DNA from: Octopus vulgaris
Taxonomy: Eukaryota
Direction of reading: 5' to 3'
Length of the DNA: 64,000 nt
NCBI GenBank assembly: GCA_951406725.2
Contig: OX597832.1
Span: 48,980,001-49,044,000 of the forward strand
The translations under genes were made by a program, and so were the position numbers. Below, piece by piece: positions 41,191-53,684 of this stretch (positions within the stretch are counted from its first letter, which is position 1; every line of letters begins with the position of its first letter). The notes beneath the pieces were generated by a model. That model saw only the letters and a list, made by a program, of their open reading frames with translations. It did not search any database and was not told the DNA's origin.

Positions 41191-41888
41191 GACACGCACA
41201 CACACACACACATACATATATATATATCGAGCTGGCAGAAACGTTAGTGCGCCGGGCGAAATGCTTAGCGGTATTTCGTCTGCCGTTACGTTCTGAGTTC
41301 AAATTCCACCGAGGTCGACTTTGCCTTTCATCCTTTCGGGGTCGATAAATTTCGTACCAGTTTTGCACTGGGGTCGATGTAATCGACTTAATCCCTTTGT
41401 CTGTCCTTGTTTTTCCCCTCTATGTTTAGCCCCTTGTGGGCAATAAAGAAATATATATCTTCCATAATAACACCAAAGGTACACTTCCTGGGTTACTCTT
41501 TTACATGTTTCAGTCATTTGACTGCGGCCATGCTGGAGCACCGCCTTTAGTCGAACAAATTGATCCCAGGACTTATTCTTTGTAAGCCTAGTACTTATTC
41601 TATCGGACTCTTTTTGCAGAACCGCTAAGTTACGGGGACGTAAACACACCAGCATCGGCTGCCAAGCGAAGTTGGGGGGACAGACACAGACACAAACATA
41701 CACACAAACACACACACACACACACATACACACATACACACACACACACAAACACACACACACAAACACACACACACATATATATACATATATACGACGG
41801 GCTTCTTTCAGTTTCCGTCTACCAAATCCACACACAGGCTTTGGTCGGCCCGAGGCTATAGTAGAAGACACTTGCCAAAGGTGTCATG
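40659..41888. repeat. Tandem duplication of a composite unit [SINE A(+), spacer, SINE B(-)]
   Basis: Units at ~40659-41225 and ~41228-41888 share the spacer CCATAATAACACCAAAGGTACACTTCCTGGGTTACTC. The SINE A TSD ATATATCTTCCATAATAA is seen at ~40641, ~40889 and ~41453. Confidence 0.88.
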
Positions 41889-41893
41889 CCGGG

Positions 41894-42560
41894 AATAATG
41901 CTTAGCGGCATTTCGTCCGTCTTTACATTCTGAGTTCAAATTCCGCCGAGGTCGAGTTTGCCTTTCATCCTTTTGGGGTCGAATAAATTAAATAAGTACC
42001 AGTTACGCACTGACGTCAATATAATCACCACACCCTCTTTTCCCCACCCCTAAAATTTCAGGCCTTGTACCCATAGTAGAAAAGTTTATTATTCTTATTG
42101 TTGTTATTATTGCTATTGTTTAAGGAGTCAAACTTGCAGAATCGTTACCATGTCGGACAAAAAGTGCTTAACCATATTTTGTCTGTCTATTGGTTCTGAT
42201 TTCAAACGTTGCTAAGACCATTTTCGCCTTTCAACTTTTCAAGTGCAATAAAATAAATACCTATTTCTTTACTACCCACAAGGGGCTAAACACAGAGGGG
42301 ACAAACAAGGACAAACAAACGGCTTAAGTCGATTAAATCGATCCCAGTGCGTAACTGGTACTCAATTTATCGACTCCGAAAGGATGAAAGGCAAAGTCGA
42401 CCTCGGCGGAATTTGAACTGAGAACGTAGCGGCAGACGAAATACTGCTAAGCATTTCGCCCGGCGTGCTAACGTTTCTGCCGCAATAACATAAATACCAG
42501 TTGTGTAATGGGGTCAATGTAATCGAGTAGCTCCCCTCCCCTAAAATTTTACGCCCTGTG
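41894..42560. mobile_element. Cluster of SINE A copies (partial +, degraded +, full-length - at 42262-42483)
   Basis: Repeated GAGTTCAAATTCCGCCGAGGTCGA core in both orientations. Confidence 0.8.
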
Positions 42561-42999
42561 CCTATAGTATAAAGGATTATTGTTGTTGTTATTGTTATAT
42601 AATTCATCGTTTTGGTCTGGTTTCTTTGTTGTTTTTGGTGCAGCCATTGAGGATGTTATTACTTCTCATTCTCCTTCTTATTTTCTTCTATCTCTCCTCT
42701 TTCTCCTTCTCCACCTCCTCCTCATCATCATCATCATTATCATCGTCATCATTCTCAGAAAACATTCCTGATAATTCCTGAATTTCGTCAAAATCAACTC
42801 GCGGCAAACCTCATAGGCGTTTGTCCCCGTGCCAAAACAAATCTAACGTTAAACAAAACTACCCCCACAAAACATTGTTTTATTACTCAATACTATAGCT
42901 TCTTATGGCATCTGATAGCTTCACCAAACTACCTGTAGACTATTTCTATCCGTTTGATCCTACACTATACTTCTGCTTGCTTTCTTTCATTTCAAAATA

Positions 43000-43565
43000 T
43001 TAGGTTGTCCGGAAAGTTCGAGTCGCTTTTTAAAGGAAAGAAAAAGGTCAATAAATACTTGCCATTACATTTTTAATCGACCAAATATGAACCATTTTGT
43101 TGCACAATGCGACTCCATCTTTCCTTTAACTTGAAAATACCCTCTTCCCAGAATTGAAGTGGTTTCATGGCAAAGAATTCATCAAGTTATCTTTTTATGT
43201 CATCCAAGGAATTGAAATTTTTACCATTAAGACTATTCTGCAGAGACCTGAATATGTGGAAACCCGAAGGAGCAGTATCTGGTGAATATGGAGGATGGGG
43301 TAACACATCCCAGCCGAGCTGCAGCAATTTTTGTCTGGTTCCCAAAGCATCAAGTGTCGAAAATGAACTTTCTTATCTCCCATTTTAAAGGGTTATAGAA
43401 TTAACACAGGTTATAGGAACATAAACCTTCTTCCACGAAAAGATAGCTTAAACTGAGCTCTAAATGGAGGTGTAGTTAAATCCTATTTTTTGGACTCAAC
43501 CATGTTCTAAAATAAGTCAAAAGGTAAGCTGCTATAAATCGGCACGAACTTTCCGGACAACCCAA
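43000..43565 (-). mobile_element. Internally deleted mariner with both TIRs
   Basis: TA|TTAGGTTGTCCGGAAAGTTCG ... CGAACTTTCCGGACAACCCAA|TA. N-terminal MGDKKVHFRHLML is fused to LGWDVLPHPPYSPDTAPSGFHIFRSLQN..NGSYL. Confidence 0.92.
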
Positions 43566-43688
43566 TAGTTATTTATATTTTATTTTCTCGAACTAAGCTC
43601 CAGGCTATGAGGTTGATAGGAAAGTAGGCTTTAGCTATTAGATGAAACCACAAAAATATCCATATAAACATTAAAAAAAAAAAACTAA

Positions 43689-43968
43689 CATTCCGTCGGT
43701 TACGACGATGTATGTTCCAATTTTTTCGATCAACGAAACAGCCCGCTCGTGAAATTAAAGTGCAACTGGCTGAGTACTCCACAGACATGCGTACCCTTAA
43801 TGTAGTTTTCAGGGAGATTCAGCATAACACAGAATGTGACAAGGCTGAACCTTTGAATTGAAAGTACGACTCATTTTTACTATCAGAATGGAATGGAACA
43901 ACGTGAAATAAAGTGTCCCGCTCAAGGATACAGTGCGCCGTCAGGAATCGAACCCACTACCTAACGAA
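43689..43968 (-). mobile_element. SINE body D plus tail 1 (diverged)
   Basis: GGTTCGATTCC, then CCTTGAGCGGGACACTTTATTTCACGTTG..AAAAATGAGT, then the same tail as 14770-15147. Confidence 0.75.
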
Positions 43969-44054
43969 GCGGATGATTCACTCAGTCTCCTCTGAAAATT
44001 TTCGAACAGATGACAAATAGACGAAGGAGAGAAAGAGAGCTGAATGCTCCTAGT

Positions 44055-44095
44055 CACTAACCCCAAGATTCGGAGTTCGATTCCAGGCAGTGACC

Positions 44096-44152
<57 letters not shown>

Positions 44153-44558
44153 TATTATTATTATTATTATAACATCGAAAAATACCTTAGGAATGAGAAC
44201 CCAGATTCGAAATTTCCCCAAGACGCCTGATGAAGGCTGGAGGGAATATCAGCCGAAACGTTGTATTAATAACAAACAAGATGATGACAAATATCCGTCA
44301 AATAGGGGCTTTCTCCGTCGGGGTTGCGGATCCGTGGGATAAGCTGCCGGACGAGATGGTGAAGATGCCAACGACCGCTCGGTTCAAAGTCTCCCTTGAC
44401 CACAAGTGGCCTGAACTCTTTACATGAACACCACCCTGTACATAACTCCATGTCCCCCTACATGGCCTTGCTTTTTGCTTTTTGAGCCAAAAAATTAACT
44501 AACTAAATGTAAATAGTGTAAATAATGTACGTAATTCCCCATCTCTTAAATATAGAAC
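44055..44558 (+). mobile_element. tRNA-headed element with internal (ATT)n and minimal hammerhead core, interrupted by CR1
   Basis: B-box GAGTTCGATTCC. Core CTGATGA-A-GGCTG-loop-CAGCC-GAAAC-GTT at 44227-44262. The 3' boundary is approximate. Confidence 0.65.
44304..44506 (+). mobile_element. Short 5'-truncated CR1 copy
   Basis: Near-identical to 39711-39910. Confidence 0.92.
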
Positions 44559-44649
44559 TATAGAAACAATACAGATTTGTATGGAATCTATTAACATACT
44601 CTGTAATTAAAGAGTCGAAATAATCGTGTAGATAAGTAAAATGCTAGAG

Positions 44650-47138
44650 CAGTAATGGGCATTCTGTGGCCCACCTAATTCTGAAAACAAAAAAAATTGC
44701 CATCGTGAGACAACCGTATAATTTTCAAAGTGCCTTAGAGTCGATCTACAGCAATCCAAATATTCAAAAGCGTATTGATTTAATGTTCAATTTCTGATTC
44801 CAATGTTTATAATGACTTGTGATAGTTCAGCGACTGTAAACACACGTGATATTCGTGTAACGTTGTCAAGCAGGATTAATGGAATTTTCAAAGTATTAGT
44901 GTGTAAAATGCTGTAGTTTTTGGGGAATTTTAATTTTTGATGTCTAAGCTAATGGCTTCATTCCAAAAAAAGAATGATTTCCGAAGAAATGAGAACATTC
45001 CAGGAAAGCTGGACAAATGATTATTTATTTCATGAAGTAAAAAATAAAATGTTTAGTATCTCTCCGCTATATGCGGCGAGCTGGCAGACACGTTAGCGCG
45101 CCGGGCGAAATGCGTAGCCGTATTTCGTCTGCCGTTACGTTCTGAGTTCAAATTCCACCGAGGTTGACCTGGCCTTTCATCCTTTCGGGGTCGATAATTT
45201 AAGTACCAGTTACGCACTGGGGTCGATATAATCGACTTAATCCGTGTGTCTGTCTTTGTTTGTTCTCTCTGTGTTTAGCCCCTTGTGGGTAGTAAAGCAA
45301 TAAGTATTTCGTCTGTCATTACGTTCTGAGTTCAAATTCTGCCGAGGTCGACCTGGCCTTTCATCCTTTCGGGATCGATAAATTAAGTACCAGTTACGCA
45401 CTGGGGTCGATGTAATCGACTTAATCCCTTTGTCTGTCCTGGTTGTCCCCTCTATGTTTAGCCCCTTGTGGGCAATAAAGAAATATATTTTAATGCGCAG
45501 CCGTATGAAGGCAGCGAGCTGGTAGAAACGTTAGCACGCCGGGCGAAATGCGTAGCCGTATTTCGTCTTAGAAGAACTTGAATCAGAGTATGATGACCTT
45601 GTTTACTACTGTGCAGCTCGTTGGCTAAATAAGGGGAGGATGTTTCGACGATTTTATAGCCTGCGAGAAGAGGTATGTACCTTCTTAGAAAAAAAGGGTA
45701 AATTTGTTCCGGAGCTGAAAAATGATAACTGGATTTGTGACCTTGCGTTCCTCGTGGAGATAATAACTCATTTAAATGATTTAAATTTAAAATTGCAGAA
45801 GCAAAATCAGTTAATTCATGAGATGTATTCCCATGTCAAAGCTTTTCAAGCAAAACTTCAAATTTGGGGAGAATCAACTCAGGATTAGTGATGCTTTTCA
45901 TTTCCCCATTCGCGGGTCAACATCTAGATATGATGATTTTGCTGCAGAACTTAAATGACCTGAAAATATTGAACTGATCACCAGATTTAATGACTTCACA
46001 GCAAGAGAAGTTGATTTTAATCTTTTCAGAAATTCCTATAACGCTGATGTTGAAAAAGTTCGGAAGGAATTGCAAATGTTATCTAATTGAGTTTTCAGAG
46101 TGAAGAATTCCTTCGGCAAAAATTTAAAGATGAATCTTTGATGCATTTTTATGGAACTCTATCCGAAGAAAACTGCTTGAAATTAGTGTGCTTTGCAAGA
46201 AGATATACCACCATGTTTGCTTATACGTATAAATGCAAACAACTCTTTTCTAGAACGAAAATAATAAAGTCGAGAACCAGGTCAAGATTGACTGATATTC
46301 ATCTGGAAGACAATTTACGAGTCGCAACATCGCAAATTCTTGTAAATATTGGGAAACTCACAGAAAATGCACAATACCAGGTTTCTCATTAACATTAGTA
46401 AATTATTCCTATTAACATCAATAACAAAATGGCTGATAAATACGATCTTATTTGTCTGTATTTTGTTAAACATGGTGTGTGGCGTAGTCGAACTGTTTTC
46501 ATCGTCTGTACTGCTCTTTTTATTCTTTTGATTTCAGATTTTTATACTTCAGGTAAATTAATTTGTTTTTCAAATTCTTTCCTTTTTTTCTATTTTTTAG
46601 TTTCTTTCCTTTATCATAGATAAATAACACGTAATGTTAAATGCACATATCTTAATTCTTTTTAATTGTTTGTTTACATTTTTTAAGCATTTTCCCTAAG
46701 TACCATAGCTTGAAACGGTTCGACTGAACCACATACGTAACAATGACTAAGTACTATATTTCTTGAATTTTGCAACCTTTCGTTGAAAGTAAGGTTTTCG
46801 GTATTTAAAAATATTGGCGGATATTTACATGTTTTGTTCCAAAAACCAAACGTTCATAATAATTCTTTTCTCCGGAGAAATATTTTTGGCGCTAATTAAC
46901 ATATCAGAATAATAAAATCTACGATGAAATGTAAATAAAACCTTTCTGATGTTTTTACCTCAACTTTTCATTTGTAATTTATGTTTCTATCATAAACAAC
47001 ATGCACGAATTCTGGAAAAAATAGATCAGAACAACCTGAGTTACCACTCTTTTTTAATGTGGGCACGAATGTAAATTAGCGCTTGCGGCCCGCTTAATTA
47101 TGAGACATATCTCATGCAAGAAGGGTTGCCCATGTCTG
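44650..47138 (+). mobile_element. hAT (Charlie/Buster/SPIN-like) transposon, degenerate, with 8-bp TSD
   Basis: TSD TGCTAGAG at 44642-44649 and 47139-47146. TIRs CAGTAATGGGCA / TGCCCATGTCTG. N-terminus RTFQESWTNDYLF; core YYCAARWLNKG..DLAFLVEIITHLNDLNLKLQ; dimerisation domain TYKCKQLFS..KSRTRSRLTD..QVSH*. Confidence 0.93.
45073..45568 (+). mobile_element. Head-to-tail SINE A array inside the hAT
   Basis: One full copy, one head-truncated copy and a third head fragment. Confidence 0.88.
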
Positions 47139-47282
47139 TGCTAGAGCTTAAAATGGCGTGATGCATTGTCATTCAAGTGCATACTAAACTGACGTTAGTT
47201 GAATACAAATTTTCTTAAAGAGAGATTCAAATTTTAAAAAGGAAATCATAGCATATACGAACAGTGATAGATCTATTTTGTA

Positions 47283-47637
47283 GGCGGCGAGCTGGCATTA
47301 AGGCGGCGAGCTGGCAGAAACGTTAGCACGCCGGGCGAAATGCTTAGCGGTATTTCGTCTGCGTTACGTTGTAATCGACTTAATACCTATGTCTGTCCTT
47401 GTTTGTCCCCTCTGTGTTTAGCCCCTTGTGGGTAATAAAGAAATAGAAATAGGTATTTCGTCTGCCGTTACGTTCTGAGTTCAAATTCCACCGAGGTCGA
47501 CTTTGCCTTTCATTCTTTCGGGGTCGATAAATTAAGTACCAGTTACGCACTGGGGTCGATGTAATTGACTTAATCTGTTTGTCTGTCCTTGTTTGTCCTC
47601 TCTGTGTTTAGCCCCTTGTGGGTAATAAAGAAATAGG
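47283..47637 (+). mobile_element. SINE A array (head fragment, internally deleted copy, head-truncated copy)
   Basis: GGCGGCGAGCTGGCA occurs twice, and there are two CCCCTTGTGGGTAATAAAGAAATA tails. Confidence 0.85.
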
Positions 47638-48119
47638 TAGATGTATTTTGAAATAGAAACAGAACCATCCCCACGCGACGTAATTAATCTTCTAGCGTGA
47701 CGTCATCGCGATGGATACATAACACGCTGTCGCAGCACAGATTTTCAAGTAATTACAGAACCAACTGCTAATAACAAAACAACACTTCATTAGATATCAA
47801 CCATATGGATAATTAACATACATTAATAATTGAGAAACGTTAATTAGTGAAAGAAAACAGTGTTGCTAATAATACAAGCTATATTGAAAGTGAGCGGCGA
47901 ATGGTTATTCAGTTACGGATAATATACGTGCGGGTTGGTAAAGTAGATAATCTCGGATATGGGGTTGGGGTTTTGAGGGTGCGCAGATGTATGAGGCAGG
48001 ATTCAGTTACTCTGTTCTTGTGATATCTATGATGAAGAATATGATAGTAGTGTGTTGGCTGCAGTATAGAGACGTATTACTCACGAACGAGGATACTTTG
48101 GCAGCATACTCTATGCACT

Positions 48120-48432
48120 GTTTACTCTTTTACTCTTTTACTTGTTTCAGTCATTTGACTGTGGCCATGCTGGAGTACCGCCTTTAGCCGAGCAATTCGA
48201 CCCCAGGACTTATTCTTTGTAAGCCTAGTAGTTATTCTGTCGGTCTCTTTTGCCGAACCGCTACCTTACGGGGATGTAAACGCACCAGCATCGGTGGTCA
48301 AGCGATGTTGGGGAAAACAAACACAGACGCACAAACATATACACACACATACATACATACATATATATACATATATACGAAGGGCTACTTTCAGTTTCCG
48401 TCTACCAAATCCTCCCACAAGGCCTTAGTCGA
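48120..48432 (-). mobile_element. SINE family B, head missing
   Basis: Tail and body match family B. Confidence 0.8.
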
Positions 48433-48640
48433 CATTTTTTCGGCCATCTCAGAAACGTCTGAACCACTCGTACACTTGTAGGCGACTCATACACTCCTCT
48501 CCATAAACTTTCTGCAAATTTGCGTCGGCCTCTGAGAAGATATCGCCATCAAAACTTTCATTGCGACAATCACACGCTACACATGTTCCTTCCGGGCACT
48601 GCTGTAAACAGCAGAAGAGCGCTACAACATTAAAACATAT
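48433..48640 (-). mobile_element. mariner transposase N-terminal HTH fragment
   Basis: Reads LQKVYGEECMSRLQVYEWFRRF. Confidence 0.75.
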
Positions 48641-49120
48641 AATGTATATATATATATATATACAATTTGTATATGCCACAATTTGTATATGTCTTTGCAT
48701 ATGGGTATGTGTGTGTGATTGTATATATGTTAATGTTTTATATAAATATATACATTCATATCTATTTACCTATGTAACTAAGTATCTATCTATCTATATA
48801 TATATATATATATATATGCATATACATATACACACAGAAAGAAAGGCAGTGAGATAGACACGCATACATACACACACATAATATACATACATAATATACA
48901 CCCACCCACCCACACACACATATATATATATACCAATGCATACACACTCAGACACGCTCATACTCATATATACGCACATACACACACACTCACAGACACC
49001 CATGCATACCACACAGATACTTAAACTGGCAAAATGATAATTAGGTACTTAAATACAGTGTTATGTCGATAATTAAAGACAAGCATTAAATACAGGTAAG
49101 AAAGACATACAAAGAGAACT

Positions 49121-49780
<660 letters not shown>

Positions 49781-50171
49781 ATCGGTCCTGCGTAGGTAGG
49801 CTTGTGAATACGAAATTAACAAGCGAAGCTCGATACTAGTTTAAACAGTAATTAAAGCGAAATACCTTTAGTCGCTACATTAACATAATGATCAGTTAGG
49901 TAAAGTCAAGCACGTTACATGTTGGGGAACTTAATCTAGTAATTATGTGTAATCAATAAGTTATCATTAAGTCAGTAATTGCATAATAGCAATAGGCTGA
50001 TTCATCTGTTTCGTTTAATTTTGAGTAGTGTATATTTATTTTTTTGCTTCGGGTGGCTGACTGAGTCGGCGATTTCATTTGAAAGTTTCGGGTATGGGTA
50101 ATGAAATGGCCGTTGGATATTGAATTCGGTTCACAAGAGGAGAAGGAATTCCGAAGACCGAAACGACTTTT

Positions 50172-50221
<50 letters not shown>

Positions 50222-50224
<3 letters not shown>

Positions 50225-50330
50225 TATTACAGGGAAACCACAATGTGGACACTCTTCTGCTGGAAATAGATTCGCTTTGGATCTATTTCTAGAATAAGGG
50301 TGTCCACATTGTGGTTTCCCTCTAATATGT
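50222..50330. repeat. 109-bp near-perfect hairpin
   Basis: AGGGAAACCACAATGTGGACAC / GTGTCCACATTGTGGTTTCCCT pair perfectly over 22 bp. GAAATAGAT / ATCTATTTC close a short loop. Confidence 0.9.
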
Positions 50331-50475
50331 ATATAATACAATTTTACTGAACCTTCAGTTTTTTATATGCTAGACCACTGGTGTGAAATCGATGCTAATT
50401 AAATTAATATCTAATTTCTTACCCTCATTTTAAACTTTTATATTTATATATATATATATATATACATATATATGA

Positions 50476-50730
50476 ACGTGATCACTGTGACCGACCAGGC
50501 TGTCAGATGTTGCTACACATCGCTGGTCACAATGCGCTTCGCATTGTTTTAGCCTTCAAATGACGCCACCCCGCTGGCTAAGTGAGCAGGCCAACAGAAG
50601 AAAGAGTGAGGTAAAGTTGTGGCGAAAGAGTACAGCAGGGATCGCCACCACTCTCTGCCGGAGCCTCGTGGAGCTTTAGGAGTTTTCGTTCAATAAACAC
50701 TCACAACGACTGGTCTGGGAATCGAACCCA
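50476..50730 (-). mobile_element. SINE body C plus tail 2 (head truncated)
   Basis: Reverse-complement match to 32110-32370. Confidence 0.85.
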
Positions 50731-51339
50731 TGATATTTATATATTGGTAGGAAGTAAGAGAGAGAGAGAGAGAAAAGCGTATGGCTTATAAACATAAAGG
50801 GATACACGCACATACCCTTAAGTATACGTATATATACATATTTATCGGATGTTACATTGTTATTCTACACAAGGGGAAAACGAAACATTAAAAATACTGC
50901 ATATTTCTTATGAAGATTCAGTATTGACTTACAAGCTACGGTGACTACAAATTGACATCACGTATTTTGATACCAAACGGATGATGAACAACATGGATTT
51001 GGAATATAGAACAGAATCGGAAGAATGGATCAGAATAATGGAATGCATTTGCAGATGATTAATGTTGGTGAGAGTAAATAGCTTTGCTCTAATAGGGTTT
51101 GTTTTGTTTTGTTTTGTTTTATATCTATTTATATCTATTTATCTTTCCCATCTGTGACAATCGAAGCCCGGTACTTTATCCTCGTTAATGACATAGATCA
51201 GTTTACAATGTTATTTAGATATTTTGCTCTGCTTAAGACCATCGTTAAGGGAGATTTAGTGCTGTCCAAGTTATTAGGGCATCAGAAATTATATCTCTGG
51301 ATGTACTGATGTTTATCAGCGGAGTTTCAGTTGTTGATT

Positions 51340-51395
<56 letters not shown>

Positions 51396-51486
51396 AACAA
51401 GACTACAATGGGTGGAGAAAAAGAGTGCACAGTGGTTGTTCGAAGTTTGGAAGAAAAAGAATCTTATTTCTGTCTCCCGGGTGGGA

Positions 51487-51677
51487 GATGGGCTGAATTC
51501 TGGAAGTACTGCTATACCAGGCCAACCCGTGGCAAAGGCGGAGCAAGACCCTAACTGTTCGCCTCGTTCTAAAAAATCAGTTTAATATCGATGGTCTCAA
51601 ATAGGGACCGTATCAGATATTAACCTGATGAGAACAGATACTACACTTTGATCTTGGCCAAAAGGCCGTGAAGCGAT
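51487..51677 (-). ncRNA. U2: U2 spliceosomal snRNA, full-length variant (gene or recent pseudogene)
   Basis: Minus strand ATCGCTTCACGGCCTTTTGGCCAAGATCAAAGTGTAGTATCTGTTC.. Branch-point recognition GTAGTA, stems IIa/IIb, Sm site ATTTTTTAG, stem III and stem IV (GGGTTGG..TCAGCCC) are present; ~191 nt. Confidence 0.95.
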
Positions 51678-51724
51678 GAAAGAGAGGGAAGGAAGTACGA
51701 GAAGATCAAGAGAAGGTTTAGTAA

Positions 51725-51744
51725 AAATGAACCTGTGGGAAATG
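51725..51744 (-). promoter_or_regulatory. Candidate snRNA proximal sequence element (PSE)
   Basis: CATTTCCCACAGGTTCATTT at -67 to -48 from U2 +1. The position is typical of PSEs and the sequence resembles insect PSEA (TAATTCCCAACTGGTTC-like). Confidence 0.45.
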
Positions 51745-52204
51745 AGGGATTTTTTTTTTTTTCACGTGTGATTTCTGGGAAGAAATATTTGGGTCATGCA
51801 GGCCTGGTCAGGCATCGGAGAACTTACAGGAATTCACCCCTTGTAAATTATAATACGGCTATTGTTCACAACAGAATATATGCAACTGATGGGATGGTGT
51901 GCCTTTCAGTTGGGAGATTGAAAAGGCATGTCAGAAAAATTCCTACTGTGGCATCTGTCCCCTCTGCCACACTACACAACTATGCATAATACAATACAAT
52001 GTGCAAATCTTTGGCATGGGTCAAGAATCATTTGAGGGCCTCACAGTACTTTATCTGTGACTCATTTCAATTTGTTCTAGCAGCGACTTTGCTCGTATAC
52101 GAGAAAGTAATTACTATATATGTATACTATGTATGTGTGTGTGTGTGTGTGTGTGTATATACGTATGTATGTATATCCAAATATATATAAATATATATAT
52201 ATAT

Positions 52205-52390
52205 CCAAACATGAAAACGCAAAGAGAAAACACAACAACGCGAGGACGTGGAACAAGTATAGTATTATTGGACGCTCAGGAAGGAAGGGAAGAAGGAGGG
52301 TTTAACCTTCCGAGCGGAGCTCTTCGTCAGAAACATAGGAAAAGGAAAGATCCAGAGATGGGAAGACGGAGGGGAAAAAAATCGCCAACG
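52205..52390 (-). mobile_element. Penelope pLTR-like fragment with degenerate hammerhead
   Basis: 52334-52300 reads GTTT-CTGACGA-A-GAGC-TCC-GCTC-GGAAG-GTT-AAAC. Confidence 0.55.
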
Positions 52391-52478
52391 GTACACACGC
52401 GGTCACAGGAGGTATACACTACCCAGCCAGATACCGAATTTTAATATGTAAAATGCTAAGGCTAGTTCCTTTAGATGG

Positions 52479-52620
52479 TCCAGTCCACTCAGCTGGCAAA
52501 AATGAGTAACGCTGCGATGGACTGGCGTCCCGTCCAGCTGGGGAACTCATACGTCATTGAAACCGTGAAACCGGGCCCATGAGCCTGGCTAGGCTTTAAA
52601 AGGGCGGATTTATTATTTTT
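52479..52620 (+). mobile_element. 5'-truncated SINE body D plus tail 3
   Basis: Matches the reverse complement of 63400-63530. Confidence 0.85.
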
Positions 52621-52995
52621 TATTATCTTAAAGCTCTGTGAAACAGATGTGGTGCCTTTAACGTTTCGGATGTAAGTCTTTTGTCGAAATTAAATAAAGA
52701 ATGGGAAGTAGCGAGGAGAAGAGAAATGGTAATGTGAAGAGAGAAAAGGAGAAAACAAAAAGCGAGGAAACAAAAAATGTGTGAATTGAGGAAAATCTGA
52801 TCTAGTAAATACAGGATGTGACGACCTTTCAGAGCGGAAGTATAGGGAATGTGCCAGAGTAGCTGCTGAGTGTGTGTAAATATGCGTACTGTAATATATG
52901 CGTGAGTCTGTAAGGATATGCGTGCGTGTGTATATGTGTGTGTACAATCGTGTGTGTGTGCGCCTGTGTCCACGTGTGTGTATGTGTTTGTGTGT

Positions 52996-53642
52996 TTGTG
53001 CGTAAGCTAATTTCTTAGTGTACACCTGTGCGGCATTATAATCTTTTGTAGCGGTGTGAATGTGTGTATCTGTGTGTGTGTGCGTGTGTGTATGTGCATG
53101 TGTGTGTTTGTGTGTGCATGTGTGTATGTGTGTGTGTGTTTGTGCGTACGTTAATTTCTTAGTGTACACCTGTGCGGTATTATAATCTTTTGTAGTGGTG
53201 TGAATGTGCGTGTGTTTGTGTGTGCGTGTGTGTATGTGCGTGTGTGTATGCGCATGTGTGTGTATGCGCATGTGTGGGTATGCGCATGTGTGTGTATGCG
53301 CATGTGTGTGTTTGTGTGTTTGTGTGTGTATGTGTGTGTGTGTGCATGTGTGTATATGTGTGTGTTTGTGCGTACCTTAATTTCTTACTGTACACCTGTG
53401 CGGCATTATAATCTTTTGTAGCGGTGTAAATGTGTGTATCTGTGTGTGTTTGTGTGTGTGTGTGTGTGTATGTGCGTGTGTGTATGTGCGTGTGTGTTGT
53501 GCGTGTGTGTGTATATGTGTGTGTGCTTGTGCGTACGATAATTTCTTAGTGTACACCTGTGCACATTATAATCTTTTGTAGCGGTGTGAATGTGTGTATG
53601 TGTGTGTATTTGTGTGTGTGCGTGTGTGTATGTGCATGTGTA

Positions 53643-53684
<42 letters not shown>

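Noticed and set aside
45570-46392. Host GTF2IRD2/ZBED-like gene
   Set aside because: It has stops and frameshifts and is enclosed by hAT TIRs and an 8-bp TSD.
50135-50175. Hammerhead-like CCGAAACG segment
   Set aside because: There is no CTGANGA core or convincing stems.
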